Shown piece after piece: positions 40,009 to 49,324 of a DNA stretch of 64,000 nucleotides. The notes beneath the pieces are model-generated. The model ran no database searches. It was not told where the DNA came from and saw nothing but the letters and a program-made list of their open reading frames with translations. Numbering within the stretch: position 1 is the stretch's first letter; every line of letters starts with the position of its first letter. A program made the translations under genes and the position numbers. Source of the stretch: Candidatus Collierbacteria bacterium RIFOXYD2_FULL_45_13 (lineage in GTDB: Bacteria; Patescibacteriota; Microgenomatia; UBA1400; MFAQ01); the NCBI GenBank assembly GCA_001774685.1, contig MFAS01000001.1, forward strand, positions 1,025,252 to 1,089,251, read 5' to 3'.

Positions 40009-40959
40009 TTAGATATGGGAAAATAAAGCCTCCACCACCTTTGATTCACAGATGTTTGTACAGTTTTTATCCTTTGAACACAAAAGAATGGCGTCTCCGC
40101 CACCATTGTGATATTCAAATGCAGTAACTTGGCTGAGAGATAACCCCACCAGAACTACCAGGGAGACAAGGCTGACGACAATGTTAGTTACCGGAGATCT
40201 CCTTCTCTCGACTTTTTGATTAACCAATTTTTTAACTCTATACTCCAAAGTATCCCATTCTCCCAAAGAAGGGGCAAAATTAAAGGTATTTTTGTGGTCA
40301 TGGCTCAGCAGTTTTTTTAGTACCGATATTAATGATTTAGAATTTTTCATCCCCCTTATAGCCGCCCTATCAGCCTCAACCTCATTCAAAATGCGATATC
40401 TTTTTGAAACATCCGAAATAACTGGAAAGAATGGAAACATCGTTTGCACGACGGAAGCAAAAAGGCAAGTAAAAGCATCTTTGTTTTCTAGATGGTATCT
40501 TTCGTGTCTCATTACCGCTTCTAATTCAATCTCAGAAAGAATATTAACCAAACCTGTAGACACATAAATCTTAGTATTAATAAAACCAAAACAAAAAGCA
40601 GAGGGGTGATCACTCAAATAAACAGATAGCTTGTTTTGAAGACCTAGTTTTTTAGCCATCCTTTTAATTACAGGGCTTCGAACAGTTGATGCAGACAGAT
40701 CTCTGCCAATCTTCGAGGTCTTTACCATAGTCGCCACTAACTTTATAGTTATATACATAAGCATAACCAGAAACACCATCAGACTGGCTTCTCCTAAATT
40801 ATTTGGCAGTCGTATTGGCAAACCATCAATCACCTGCTGGCAGTAGTAAATCGACTGGTGAAAAAATATGAGAACATACTTCCGGAAAAGGCTTCCCAAC
40901 ATCATGCTAGAGAAAGCAAAAAAACCAATCAGAACCATGAAGTATCTATTTACTTTCAT
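40009..40959 (-). CDS. BlaR1-like M56 family zinc metalloprotease lacking a PBP sensor domain. Short Cys-rich C-terminal tail
   Basis: HExxH (MRHERYHLEN) in the M56 context with 4 TM. 316 aa, against ~600 for BlaR1. C-terminus ...LLCSKDKNCTNICESK. Overlaps the BlaI-like gene by 14 nt. Confidence 0.7.
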   Translation of the reverse strand: MKVNRYFMVLIGFFAFSSMMLGSLFRKYVLIFFHQSIYYCQQVIDGLPIRLPNNLGEASLMVFLVMLMYITIKLVATMVKTSKIGRDLSASTVRSPVIKRMAKKLGLQNKLSVYLSDHPSAFCFGFINTKIYVSTGLVNILSEIELEAVMRHERYHLENKDAFTCLFASVVQTMFPFFPVISDVSKRYRILNEVEADRAAIRGMKNSKSLISVLKKLLSHDHKNTFNFAPSLGEWDTLEYRVKKLVNQKVERRRSPVTNIVVSLVSLVVLVGLSLSQVTAFEYHNGGGDAILLCSKDKNCTNICESKVVEALFSHI

Positions 40960-41323
40960 GGGTACCCAAAAGCCTTAATAACTCTTCTCGTTTCTCTTTT
41001 TGCAAACTTTCGACTGATTTGGCAAACGAAACTGTTGCTGACTCCCCGAACGAATCAAAAAAGTTATTAAGAAAAGATTTGGCAATTTTTTTACTATATT
41101 CTTCGCTGGTGGACTTTGGAGAGAACACAAAGGCCATACCTTCGTTTCTTTTATTAACCATACCTTTTTTGTAGAGTCGGTCTAGCAGTGTTGCCACTGT
41201 TGTATAAGCCATAGGTTTGGCTTTTCCAAATTTATTCACCACATCTCGCACATGACATTTTTTAAGATCCCAAACCACAACCATCACTTCTTGCTCCAAT
41301 GGACTTAACTTTGTTTGTATCAT
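40946..41323 (-). CDS. BlaI/MecI/CopY-family winged-helix transcriptional repressor
   Basis: LSPLEQEVMVVVWD...VRDVVNKF...YTTVATLLDRLYKKGMV matches the penicillinase-repressor family fold. Confidence 0.75.
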   Translation of the reverse strand: MIQTKLSPLEQEVMVVVWDLKKCHVRDVVNKFGKAKPMAYTTVATLLDRLYKKGMVNKRNEGMAFVFSPKSTSEEYSKKIAKSFLNNFFDSFGESATVSFAKSVESLQKEKREELLRLLGTHESK

Positions 41324-41408
41324 AAGATACTACTATTGTAGTACAATTTTAAAAAGGGTAATTTTCTACAAATATTTGTTCGATGTATTACAATAATTTA
41401 TCACCCAA

Positions 41409-41432
41409 GTCATCCTCGCGAATGCGGGGATC
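41409..41432 (+). repeat. 24-nt direct repeat GTCATCCTCGCGAATGCGGGGATC, copy 2 (divergent promoter region between blaI-1 and the DUF305 gene)
   Basis: Exact match to 39899-39922. Confidence 0.8.
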
Positions 41433-41455
41433 CATAGAAATTATAAATAATAAGT

Positions 41456-42043
41456 ATGACCAAACAACCTTTTCTTTATCTCGTACTCGGTCTTCTTGCC
41501 GGCGCTCTCATCACTTCGGCATTCTTATCACCCAACAGATCAGAAACTTCGTCTGACTCCAATATCGACCGCCACTTTATCGAGCAAATGATTCCCCATC
41601 ACGAAGATGCTATCACCATGGCAAACTCCGCCCTAAAAAAATCCAAGAAATCGGAAATAAAAACTTTGGCTCAGAACATCTTAAAAAGCCAGGGTGATGA
41701 AATTGCTCAAATGACTCAGTGGTACGGCGAGTGGTTCGGAAAAGAAGTTCCCCGTGGTGCAACTCAGATGGGTACTCATGGCATGATGGGCTCTGGAAGC
41801 AGTATGCATATGGGTTTACTGGGAAACGAAACAGACATTCTTTCTCTTGACACTGCTGTAGATTTCGATAAAGAATTTATTAGACAAATGATCCCCCATC
41901 ACCAGATGGCCGTCATGATGGCAACGATGCTGGAAAACAGCACGGATAAGTCCGAAACGAAACAACTGGCCAAAAACATCATCATCGCCCAAAATAAAGA
42001 AATCACCGACATGCGATCCTGGTACTCCACTTGGTACAAATAA
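41456..42043 (+). CDS. DUF305 family protein (secreted, two internal repeats)
   Basis: Two copies of the DUF305 motif: DRHFIEQMIPHHEDAITMA and DKEFIRQMIPHHQMAVMMA. N-terminal signal/TM. Confidence 0.8.
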   Translation: MTKQPFLYLVLGLLAGALITSAFLSPNRSETSSDSNIDRHFIEQMIPHHEDAITMANSALKKSKKSEIKTLAQNILKSQGDEIAQMTQWYGEWFGKEVPRGATQMGTHGMMGSGSSMHMGLLGNETDILSLDTAVDFDKEFIRQMIPHHQMAVMMATMLENSTDKSETKQLAKNIIIAQNKEITDMRSWYSTWYK

Positions 42044-42071
42044 TTACCTCTTATTATTAATAATAAATAAT

Positions 42072-42341
42072 ATGAAACACGATCCAATCGTCACTGGACA
42101 CGCCGCGGGAGCCACCACCGCTATTGTCTATACCGTCTGCCGTCTCTTGGTGGGATTATTTCCCGACTGGATGTATTCCATGGGCCAATCCTGGTTCCAC
42201 GGAATAGCTTTACAAAAACTAGAAAACACCAACCTGACACTGGGAAGCTTTTTCTCAGGTTTCATCTCTGTCACCATAAGCGCTTGGCTAGTCGGTTTCC
42301 TCTTCGCCAGCATGTACAACTCCTTCCTCACCAAGAAATAA
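42072..42341 (+). CDS. Small membrane protein, hypothetical
   Basis: 89 aa with two hydrophobic helices. The REP palindrome follows immediately at 42358-42380. Confidence 0.45.
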   Translation: MKHDPIVTGHAAGATTAIVYTVCRLLVGLFPDWMYSMGQSWFHGIALQKLENTNLTLGSFFSGFISVTISAWLVGFLFASMYNSFLTKK

Positions 42342-42357
42342 TCAATCCAATCACCCC

Positions 42358-42380
42358 CCTGCAGGGCCTGGCCCTGCAGG
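42358..42380. repeat. REP-like 23-bp palindrome, copy 1 (just 3' of the RAYT gene)
   Basis: Exact sequence CCTGCAGGGCCTGGCCCTGCAGG, a perfect palindrome around a central T. Confidence 0.9.
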
Positions 42381-42387
42381 TAAAAAA

Positions 42388-43071
42388 CTACTCATCTAAA
42401 TCAATCATCTCGTAATAAACTTTCTTAATATCTTCCATGTCTTGTGGATCTTCTACGAAGGATTGGTATGTATTCCTTCTATTTATTTTTGAAAAGTTTG
42501 AAAGTATCTCCTCAATCTTTACCCAATTTTGTTGAAACAATCCCAAGTAATTTCCATAACTAGAATATTTATACTCCACCAGACCTGCAGGGCCTGGCCC
42601 TGCAGGCAAAATGTCAATTGGATTCCGATGAATATATTTAGTTATATATACAAACTGATCTTCATTTTCAATCAAAACAGTCTTGTACCTGCTTTGAAAC
42701 AAACCACCTACTCGTTTGTATTTCTTATTAAAATACATCACGTACTTCAGCACTAAAGATTGCATGAATTCCGCGATACCACGATCGGTCGATTGTTTTA
42801 TCAAAAAATGGAAATGGTTGGGCATCAAGCAGTAGGCTAGCAAATCAATCTGATCATGGTAATTCTTAAGAACTTTCGATGGTGATACCTCCTGCAGGGC
42901 CTGGCCCTGCAGGATGGGCATCTCGAGATAAAATTTCATATATCCTAGGAAGACCTTGTAATCTTGCTCATCAAGAAAAATCGCCCGCTTCTCCACTCCT
43001 CGATTAAAGATATGGTAATACCCACCAGCCCCATATTCCTTTCGACTGTTTTTTTGTGGCATATACCACAA
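42388..43071 (-). CDS. IS200/IS605-family Y1 (HUH) transposase, likely REP-associated tyrosine transposase (RAYT), carrying two in-frame REP insertions
   Basis: YHIFNRGVEKRAIF...AYCLMPNHFHFLIK (HuH) ...GGLFQSRYK (catalytic Tyr). Flanked by two copies of the 23-bp palindrome and containing two more, which encode PAGPGPAG and LQGQALQE. Confidence 0.8.
   Translation of the reverse strand: MWYMPQKNSRKEYGAGGYYHIFNRGVEKRAIFLDEQDYKVFLGYMKFYLEMPILQGQALQEVSPSKVLKNYHDQIDLLAYCLMPNHFHFLIKQSTDRGIAEFMQSLVLKYVMYFNKKYKRVGGLFQSRYKTVLIENEDQFVYITKYIHRNPIDILPAGPGPAGLVEYKYSSYGNYLGLFQQNWVKIEEILSNFSKINRRNTYQSFVEDPQDMEDIKKVYYEMIDLDE
42584..42606. repeat. REP-like 23-bp palindrome, copy 2 (inside the RAYT CDS, in frame, encoding PAGPGPAG)
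   Basis: Exact copy. Confidence 0.9.
42891..42913. repeat. REP-like 23-bp palindrome, copy 3 (inside the RAYT CDS, in frame, encoding LQGQALQE)
   Basis: Exact copy. Confidence 0.9.
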
Positions 43072-43094
43072 TTATAAACACCAGTCACCTCCCC

Positions 43095-43117
43095 CCTGCA
43101 GGGCCTGGCCCTGCAGG
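43095..43117. repeat. REP-like 23-bp palindrome, copy 4 (between the RAYT start and the copA stop)
   Basis: Exact copy. Confidence 0.9.
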
Positions 43118-43125
43118 GTACCGGA

Positions 43126-46100
43126 TCATTTAGTTTGGTTTTGTACCAATTTAAAATAATTTTCCTTGAACTCTTTCGACACAAAGTGCATCTCATCCAG
43201 AACCGTAAAGTTCTTTTTGGCTACCCCGGCAACTAGCACATCACTGCCAAAGAGTCCGGTTATTCTATCTTGGTTGTTTGTAAACAGTTTCTCCTTCTTC
43301 ATCATGGCTGCTTCATTGTAACCAATATAAATCGGCAGGAATCTCTTACCTTCAATGTTGTAACTCAGCTTATACGGATCCACTATTCCCTTAAGCTGTT
43401 CAGGAGTATTCTTCCCGTCCAGAATGTAGAACAGTTTCAGCTCATCATAAGGAGTCTGGGCTACGACCAGGTCAGATCCGTCGACTTTAGCAAATGCCTC
43501 TTTACCCATCAAGTGATACTCGTCCAAAATTGTATTGGTAGGAGCTAGGATTCCCGCTATTCTTACCTTGGGCACTCCAAAGAAGTTATCGATAGTGTCA
43601 CCGACTTTTCCAAATAATTTTTCTTCTCTCATCATCTCGGCCTCCTTACTACCAATCACGATTCCCGGAACTTCACCCGACATATCCAAACCGCCCTCGG
43701 CTACTTTAATGTTTCCATTCACCGTACCGGCACTCAAGAACATCTTTGTCTGTCCTTCCTCAGTAATCAGCACCCTTGATTCTCCTGCAGTCAAAAGCTG
43801 AACTATCAAAGTATTTATTCCCGGCTGCGTCTGGGCATAAGTCTTCACCACACCCATATTTTCTTTTGTCGAGATCGTGGCAAACTGCCAGAAGATAAAC
43901 AGGAAGGCGGCGGTCATCACTACCGGAGCCAGTTTTGATAACAGGTTCCATCCCTTCGGATTAAATCTTTTTAACACTAGTGAGTTACTTACGACCGACA
44001 CGGACGACAGTGTCATGGCCAGTCCCGCCAGCTCCGGTTTGAGTATCAGACCAATTCCGGCAAAGATTCTGGCGGCCACCGGGATTCCCAGAACGTTGTA
44101 GAACAAAGCGAAGAACATGTTTTGTCTGATCTTATCGACAGTTTCTTCACTGAGTTTGATGGCTGTCAGGACTCCATTCAAATCATTGTTCATAATGATT
44201 ATTCCACCGGACTCCAGAGCAATGTCCGCGCCTGACGCCATGGCAATCCCCAGATCGGCCTGCACCAAAGCGGGTGAGTCATTGATTCCGTCCCCCACCA
44301 TCGCCACGGTTTTACCCAGCCCTTGAAGTTTTTTAACTTCCTCGGCCTTATTCTGTGGCAACACTTCTGCGAGCACGTTGGTAATACCTATCTGCTTGGC
44401 AATCGCATTCGCTGTCCTTCGGTTATCCCCCGTGATCATGTAAACTTCAATCCCTTTGTCTTGTAGTTTTTTGACTACTTCGGCAGTGGATTCTTTTACC
44501 TGATCTGCGACCGCGATAATTCCTAAGATCTGTTCTTTGTTGGCAATCAGCATGGCTGTCTTACCATCTTCTTCCAGTCTTTCCAGATCCATAAAGGAGA
44601 AGGCTTGGACTTTCTTCGACTCCATCAGTCTTCTGTTGCCGATATAGTAAGTCTGTCCGGCAATGACGGCTTCTACTCCGTGTCCCGGAATTGCTTGGAA
44701 GGATTCCACGGGAGTTTGCAAATCCACTGAAGAGATTCTTGTCTTGCAGTAATCCACAATGGCAGCTGCCAGTGGATGTTCCGACTTGGCTTCGACAGCA
44801 TTCAGCACCGTCAAGATTTCCTGTTCGGCTTTATTGGAATAATTAATAAAGTTAGTCACTTCCGGTTTCCCTTTTGTCAGAGTTCCCGTTTTATCAAACA
44901 CAATCGCGTCAATCTTGCAGGCCGTCTCCAGAGGCTCTCCGCCTTTGATTAATATTCCCAGCTCCGCACCCTTACCTGTCGCCACCATAATGGCTGTTGG
45001 TGTCGCAAGACCCAAAGCGCATGGGCAAGCGATCACAATCACCGACACAAAGGCCAGCAGGGCAAAGGTTAGTGGCATGCCGAGAAGAAAGTACCACACC
45101 GCAAAAGTCAGCAGAGCGATACCAATCACGACCGGGACAAAGATAGCTGAGATTTTGTCGGCAAATCCTTGTATCGGAGCTTTTGATCCCTGCGCATCTT
45201 CAATCAGTCTCACAATCTGAGAAAGAACCGTATCGGCACCGACTTTACTTACCTGGAACTCAAAACTACCTGTTTTATTAATTGTGGCGGTATACACTTT
45301 ACTTCCCATCTGTTTCTCCACCGGAATACTTTCCCCTGTTAGAGCCGACTCATCTACCGCACTATTGCCGGTCACAATCACGCCATCGACCGGTACTCTT
45401 TCGCCGGGCCGGACCAGAACAATATCACCCACTACTACCTTTTCTATCGGCAGATCCTCAGGCATTCCATTACGCATGACTCTCGCGGTTTTAGGAGCCA
45501 GCCCCATCAATTTCTCGATCGCCTGTGAGGTTCGCCCTTTAGCCTTGGCCTCTAGCCACTTTCCAAGTGCCACAAAGGTAATTAGTAATGCCGCTACTTC
45601 GAAGTACAAATTCCCGATCTTCATTCCGTTTAGTCCATAAATCGATCCGGTTTCCACTGTAAACTTCAAAAACTCAAGCAGACTATATACATAGGCTGTC
45701 AGTGTTCCGATAGCGATCAAACTATCCATGCTAAAGGTTTTCATTTTTAAAGCCGAAATTGCCCCACGAATAAAGTTATTACCTACCCAAAACTGAACGG
45801 GGGTCGCAAGCACCAAAGAGATAATTCCACTGATTGGCATAATTACTTTGGCAAAGGGAAGTCCTGCCACAAAGTCATAGATCATAAAACCCACCATCGG
45901 TAAACTTAAAATTAATCCGGTGAGAAACTTCCTTCCCCAATACCTAATCTCCAAAGATCTTTTTTCGTTTTCACTTACTCCGGCACTCTCTTCGGGCAGT
46001 GTTGCGGTATAGCCGGTTCTTTTTACCGCTTCTTTAAGCTCACTTGGACTAACCGCCAGAGATTGATATTTTATTCTGGCTTTACTGGTCGCAAAGTTAA

Positions 46101-46533
46101 CATTCGCTTCGGTAACTCCTTTAGTTTTCACTAGTGATCTTTCAATCAGTCCGGCGCAACTGGAACAATGCATCCCTGAGATATTTAGGTAAGCAATCTG
46201 ACTATCCGACTTTTCCTCTATCATTGTCTCGCGACTTGGCTGGACCATATCAACGATTTCACTATCTAGAGTTTTTGAGTTTTTGAGTTCTTGAGTTTTC
46301 TGTATTCCGTTCCCCGTGATCGACGTCGCCGTATACCCTGCTTCCTTAATGTTTTCAATCAGTTTATCTTCCGTAATTGCCTTCGGATTGTATTCCACGT
46401 CCACCTGTTTTGTCGCTAGTAATGCGTTAACAGACTTCACTCCTTTTAGTCCTTTAAGATTCAAAGAAATGAGTTTTGGGCAGGACTCGCAGTGCATGTC
46501 GGCAACTGCAAATGAAGTTTGTTTATAGTTCAT
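43126..46533 (-). CDS. copA: Cu+-exporting P1B-1 ATPase with two N-terminal HMA domains and an unusual ~330-aa C-terminal extension containing an internal duplication
   Basis: HMA1 [11 protein letters not shown] and HMA2 [11 protein letters not shown]; TGES (ALTGESIPV); CPC ([12 protein letters not shown]); DKTGTLT; [10 protein letters not shown]. After the last TM there is a ~330-aa tail with two similar ~50-aa segments (…[24 protein letters not shown]… and …[24 protein letters not shown]…). Confidence 0.85.
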   Translation of the reverse strand: MNYKQTSFAVADMHCESCPKLISLNLKGLKGVKSVNALLATKQVDVEYNPKAITEDKLIENIKEAGYTATSITGNGIQKTQELKNSKTLDSEIVDMVQPSRETMIEEKSDSQIAYLNISGMHCSSCAGLIERSLVKTKGVTEANVNFATSKARIKYQSLAVSPSELKEAVKRTGYTATLPEESAGVSENEKRSLEIRYWGRKFLTGLILSLPMVGFMIYDFVAGLPFAKVIMPISGIISLVLATPVQFWVGNNFIRGAISALKMKTFSMDSLIAIGTLTAYVYSLLEFLKFTVETGSIYGLNGMKIGNLYFEVAALLITFVALGKWLEAKAKGRTSQAIEKLMGLAPKTARVMRNGMPEDLPIEKVVVGDIVLVRPGERVPVDGVIVTGNSAVDESALTGESIPVEKQMGSKVYTATINKTGSFEFQVSKVGADTVLSQIVRLIEDAQGSKAPIQGFADKISAIFVPVVIGIALLTFAVWYFLLGMPLTFALLAFVSVIVIACPCALGLATPTAIMVATGKGAELGILIKGGEPLETACKIDAIVFDKTGTLTKGKPEVTNFINYSNKAEQEILTVLNAVEAKSEHPLAAAIVDYCKTRISSVDLQTPVESFQAIPGHGVEAVIAGQTYYIGNRRLMESKKVQAFSFMDLERLEEDGKTAMLIANKEQILGIIAVADQVKESTAEVVKKLQDKGIEVYMITGDNRRTANAIAKQIGITNVLAEVLPQNKAEEVKKLQGLGKTVAMVGDGINDSPALVQADLGIAMASGADIALESGGIIIMNNDLNGVLTAIKLSEETVDKIRQNMFFALFYNVLGIPVAARIFAGIGLILKPELAGLAMTLSSVSVVSNSLVLKRFNPKGWNLLSKLAPVVMTAAFLFIFWQFATISTKENMGVVKTYAQTQPGINTLIVQLLTAGESRVLITEEGQTKMFLSAGTVNGNIKVAEGGLDMSGEVPGIVIGSKEAEMMREEKLFGKVGDTIDNFFGVPKVRIAGILAPTNTILDEYHLMGKEAFAKVDGSDLVVAQTPYDELKLFYILDGKNTPEQLKGIVDPYKLSYNIEGKRFLPIYIGYNEAAMMKKEKLFTNNQDRITGLFGSDVLVAGVAKKNFTVLDEMHFVSKEFKENYFKLVQNQTK
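46263..46298. repeat. GAGTTTTT/AAAAACTC octamer tandem repeat (x4), in frame in the copA HMA1-HMA2 linker (encodes [12 protein letters not shown])
   Basis: The same tandem octamer recurs at 56764-56799 and 60468-60495. Confidence 0.7.
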
Positions 46534-46538
46534 ATTTT

Positions 46539-46757
46539 TTATTTTGTAACACTGGCTGCGTAACCGGTTTCCTCAATTGCGCTAATTATTAACTCAGGAG
46601 ACACTTTTTCGGTATGGCTGACAATAACCGTTTTGTCCTTCAAGGAAGCGTTAGAACTTACCACACCCGGTATCTCTTCCAAGGTAATATTGATTAATTT
46701 TGGACACGACTCGCAGTGCATGTCCGGAACCGAGAACTTGATTGTTTTTGTACTCAT
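46539..46757 (-). CDS. copZ: HMA-domain metallochaperone (CopZ-like)
   Basis: 72 aa with [11 protein letters not shown], the same variant motif as HMA1 of the adjacent ATPase. Confidence 0.8.
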   Translation of the reverse strand: MSTKTIKFSVPDMHCESCPKLINITLEEIPGVVSSNASLKDKTVIVSHTEKVSPELIISAIEETGYAASVTK

Positions 46758-46771
46758 ATTTTTTATTCATC

Positions 46772-46800
46772 GTCATTGCGAGGAACGCAGTGACGTGGCA
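46772..46800 (+). repeat. GTCATTGCGAGGAACGCAGTGACGTGGC, a short member of the GTCATTGCGAG family (between copZ and the HMA-DsbD_2 gene)
   Basis: Matches the first ~28 nt of the 14146 copy at most positions. Confidence 0.55.
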
Positions 46801-46826
46801 ATCTATATTGATAATTAATTGATAAT

Positions 46827-48362
46827 TTATTTATTTCCTCCACAAGATCCCGTACCACTACCTCCACAACCACACCCTTTCGCTCCGGAACCGACGGGCT
46901 CTGTGACTGTCCCCACCGAACCCTGACTATCCACTACCTCGATCGTCCCCGAAACCATACCCATCCAGCAGGTAAACTTGTAGACACCAACTTTTGCTGG
47001 TGTAAACTCTCTTGTTGAGACCTGTCCTGGAATCAAATCAATCTGTCCTTCAAACAGCTTAGAAATAATGGCATTGGTACATCCGCTGGTGCCGGTATCG
47101 GTAACTTCCATAATGGTTGGAACTCCAACTCTAATCTGAAAGCGGTTAGGTGAGTATCCTCTTGCCGATGCTTCCATTTTGATAACTTGCTTTCCCCCCA
47201 CCATCGGCACCAGATTTATTACTCCTGCTGTTGTGGTCCTTCCCAAGATTTGTCTTGTTCCAATTCCGGCAATCACATCTCCGACATTGGTAAGTCCAAG
47301 CACCGAGAGCTGGCTGTTAACATTAAAAAGTGAGAAAGCAAGCACCAAAATCCCCGCCAGAGTCGAAAAGTTCTTCGAAGAGTTTTTATCAGCCAACATC
47401 TTGGTACTCCCTAGTCCAATGGCCAAAAGACCAGGAACTGTCCCAAGTGCAAAGAGACCCATTATCAGAGCTCCTTGCACCGGTGATCCCGAGGCTAAGG
47501 CCAACGCCTGGGCCGTTACCGTAAATCCACAAGGTAAGAAGAATGTTAAAGCACCCATAAATAAAGGTGACAGTTTTCCTTGAAAATTATTTTCATCCGA
47601 GACACTTCTAGTAATTGATTTTGGTAATCTAAACTGGAACTTTTGCACTGCTTTTACCCCAAGCATCTGCAAACCAAGAACAATCATCACCACAGAAACC
47701 GCTATTACGAGCATCGCAGAAAAAGACGGAGACAAGCGGAAGAAGTTACCCACAAAACCAAGAATCGCTCCAAAGAAACCATATCCGGCCACACGCCCAA
47801 TGTTAAACAATATATGCGGTTCTGACTTTGTCGCTAGGGAATCGTTCTCACTATATTTAGACATCCACTGCTTAGACATCGATAACACCAAACTGCCTAC
47901 CAAAGCCGCACAGCTGGAAACCCCAGCTAGCAACCCAAAAAGGAAAAAGACCGGCAAAGCCGATTGAGAGTTTACGGAAACTAGTGAGGCAAACCCAGTC
48001 TTTTGGAGTATGTAGAATCCCATCAGAAATAAAGCCGCCACCATAAAAGGCACAAACCTATCATTAGGATTACCTTCATCTCTCACCTCACAAGAGATAT
48101 TTTTAGTTTTACTTTGTTTTTGAAAAGGCTCGGTTGAGAAGGCATAGCCATCCCCAGCGAAAAATCCATTCAAGAAATCAACCGATATTAGGTGATCTTT
48201 TTCCGTCTCAATACTCAGTGTTTCTTTATCCAAAGAAACATCAGCCATGATAACCCCCTCAGTTTTCTTTAGTCTCTTTTCTATGATCAGTTCACAAGAG
48301 GCACAGTGCAGACCTCTGATGTAGAAAGTAGAGACTGTCCGGTCTTCTTTGTTGCTTAACAT
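46827..48362 (-). CDS. Three-part fusion: N-terminal HMA domain + DsbD_2/TauE-like multi-TM domain (Cys in separate helices) + C-terminal Cys/Met-rich soluble domain, with a Gly/Cys-rich tail
   Basis: GLHCASCELI (HMA). Membrane domain with ...AGVSSCAALVG... and ...FFLPCGFTVTAQ.... C-terminal ...YKFTCWMGMVSGTIEVV and a GCGCGGSGTGSCGG tail. Confidence 0.65.
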   Translation of the reverse strand: MLSNKEDRTVSTFYIRGLHCASCELIIEKRLKKTEGVIMADVSLDKETLSIETEKDHLISVDFLNGFFAGDGYAFSTEPFQKQSKTKNISCEVRDEGNPNDRFVPFMVAALFLMGFYILQKTGFASLVSVNSQSALPVFFLFGLLAGVSSCAALVGSLVLSMSKQWMSKYSENDSLATKSEPHILFNIGRVAGYGFFGAILGFVGNFFRLSPSFSAMLVIAVSVVMIVLGLQMLGVKAVQKFQFRLPKSITRSVSDENNFQGKLSPLFMGALTFFLPCGFTVTAQALALASGSPVQGALIMGLFALGTVPGLLAIGLGSTKMLADKNSSKNFSTLAGILVLAFSLFNVNSQLSVLGLTNVGDVIAGIGTRQILGRTTTAGVINLVPMVGGKQVIKMEASARGYSPNRFQIRVGVPTIMEVTDTGTSGCTNAIISKLFEGQIDLIPGQVSTREFTPAKVGVYKFTCWMGMVSGTIEVVDSQGSVGTVTEPVGSGAKGCGCGGSGTGSCGGNK

Positions 48363-48406
48363 ACTACATAGTGTAGTTGGTTAAACATTCTCTGTCAAGA
48401 GGGTAT

Positions 48407-49324
48407 TCAGTGGAGCTCCAGCACCGAGGAAATAGCGGACAAACACAAGGTCAAATGAGGGCAACTGTAGAAGTTTACCTTAGTCACGAGGTAAGCAAAA
48501 ACCAACGCTCCTACCCCAGTCGAACAGGCCACGCCAAGCACCATCTTTTTATTGAGCCTCTTCCTTCCAACTAGCAGACCAATTCTCTCGCTCTGGCTAC
48601 TAAAGAAATTAATCCCGGCTAACATGGCAGTGTCTCCCCAGTTCAATCGTTTGTACAGAGCCGTAATCAGGGGCAGTCCTGTTCCCAGTCTTTCTTCGGC
48701 CTTTTTGTCGGCACACACTTCGACCAAGGTATAAAAGTAGCCAGCCAGCTTTGTCTTCCCCGGGAAACTGGGCAAAATCTTCTCAACCATTCCTACCACA
48801 GTAGTTCGCAACGGGTCTCTCGACTGGGCATGATTGAGTTCATGCAACACCATCGCTTTGAGTTCCTTAGAACCATGCATTTTGTGAAGGCTCTTAGATA
48901 TGTATATTTTTGGAGACCACAAGCCGGCCGTAAAGATCTCCCCACCAGCTGAATCGAAGAGAACTTTCTTCCCGGTTTGCGAACAGATCTTGAGTCCACC
49001 CACAAACATTCTTGTTTTTCTTACCATCTGCACCGTTTTTAAGGCAACATTCAAAGCTCGCCATATTAAAGCCAAGCTTAGTAGCCACAACCCGAGAGAT
49101 ATCCAGAGCTGAGATAAATTACCATAACTTTCGAGACTGTACCCATACTTTCTGGCGTCGAACAAATAAACTATCAACATCAGTGTCCCAGGTGAACTCT
49201 GAAAAAACACCCACAGTATCGAGGCCAAATAGATAATACCCAGAGCCAATATGGCCCAAAAGTACAGGTCCGATAATTTACTTAGTTTTCGATGATTCAT
49301 TCGATTTAGTACTATCCTCAACAT
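48407..49324 (-). CDS. BlaR1-like M56 zinc metalloprotease, second copy, sensor-less. C-terminal CPHLTLC
   Basis: HExxH (VLHELNHAQS) with 4 TM, 305 aa. Overlaps its BlaI-like partner by 47 nt. Confidence 0.7.
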   Translation of the reverse strand: MLRIVLNRMNHRKLSKLSDLYFWAILALGIIYLASILWVFFQSSPGTLMLIVYLFDARKYGYSLESYGNLSQLWISLGLWLLSLALIWRALNVALKTVQMVRKTRMFVGGLKICSQTGKKVLFDSAGGEIFTAGLWSPKIYISKSLHKMHGSKELKAMVLHELNHAQSRDPLRTTVVGMVEKILPSFPGKTKLAGYFYTLVEVCADKKAEERLGTGLPLITALYKRLNWGDTAMLAGINFFSSQSERIGLLVGRKRLNKKMVLGVACSTGVGALVFAYLVTKVNFYSCPHLTLCLSAISSVLELH

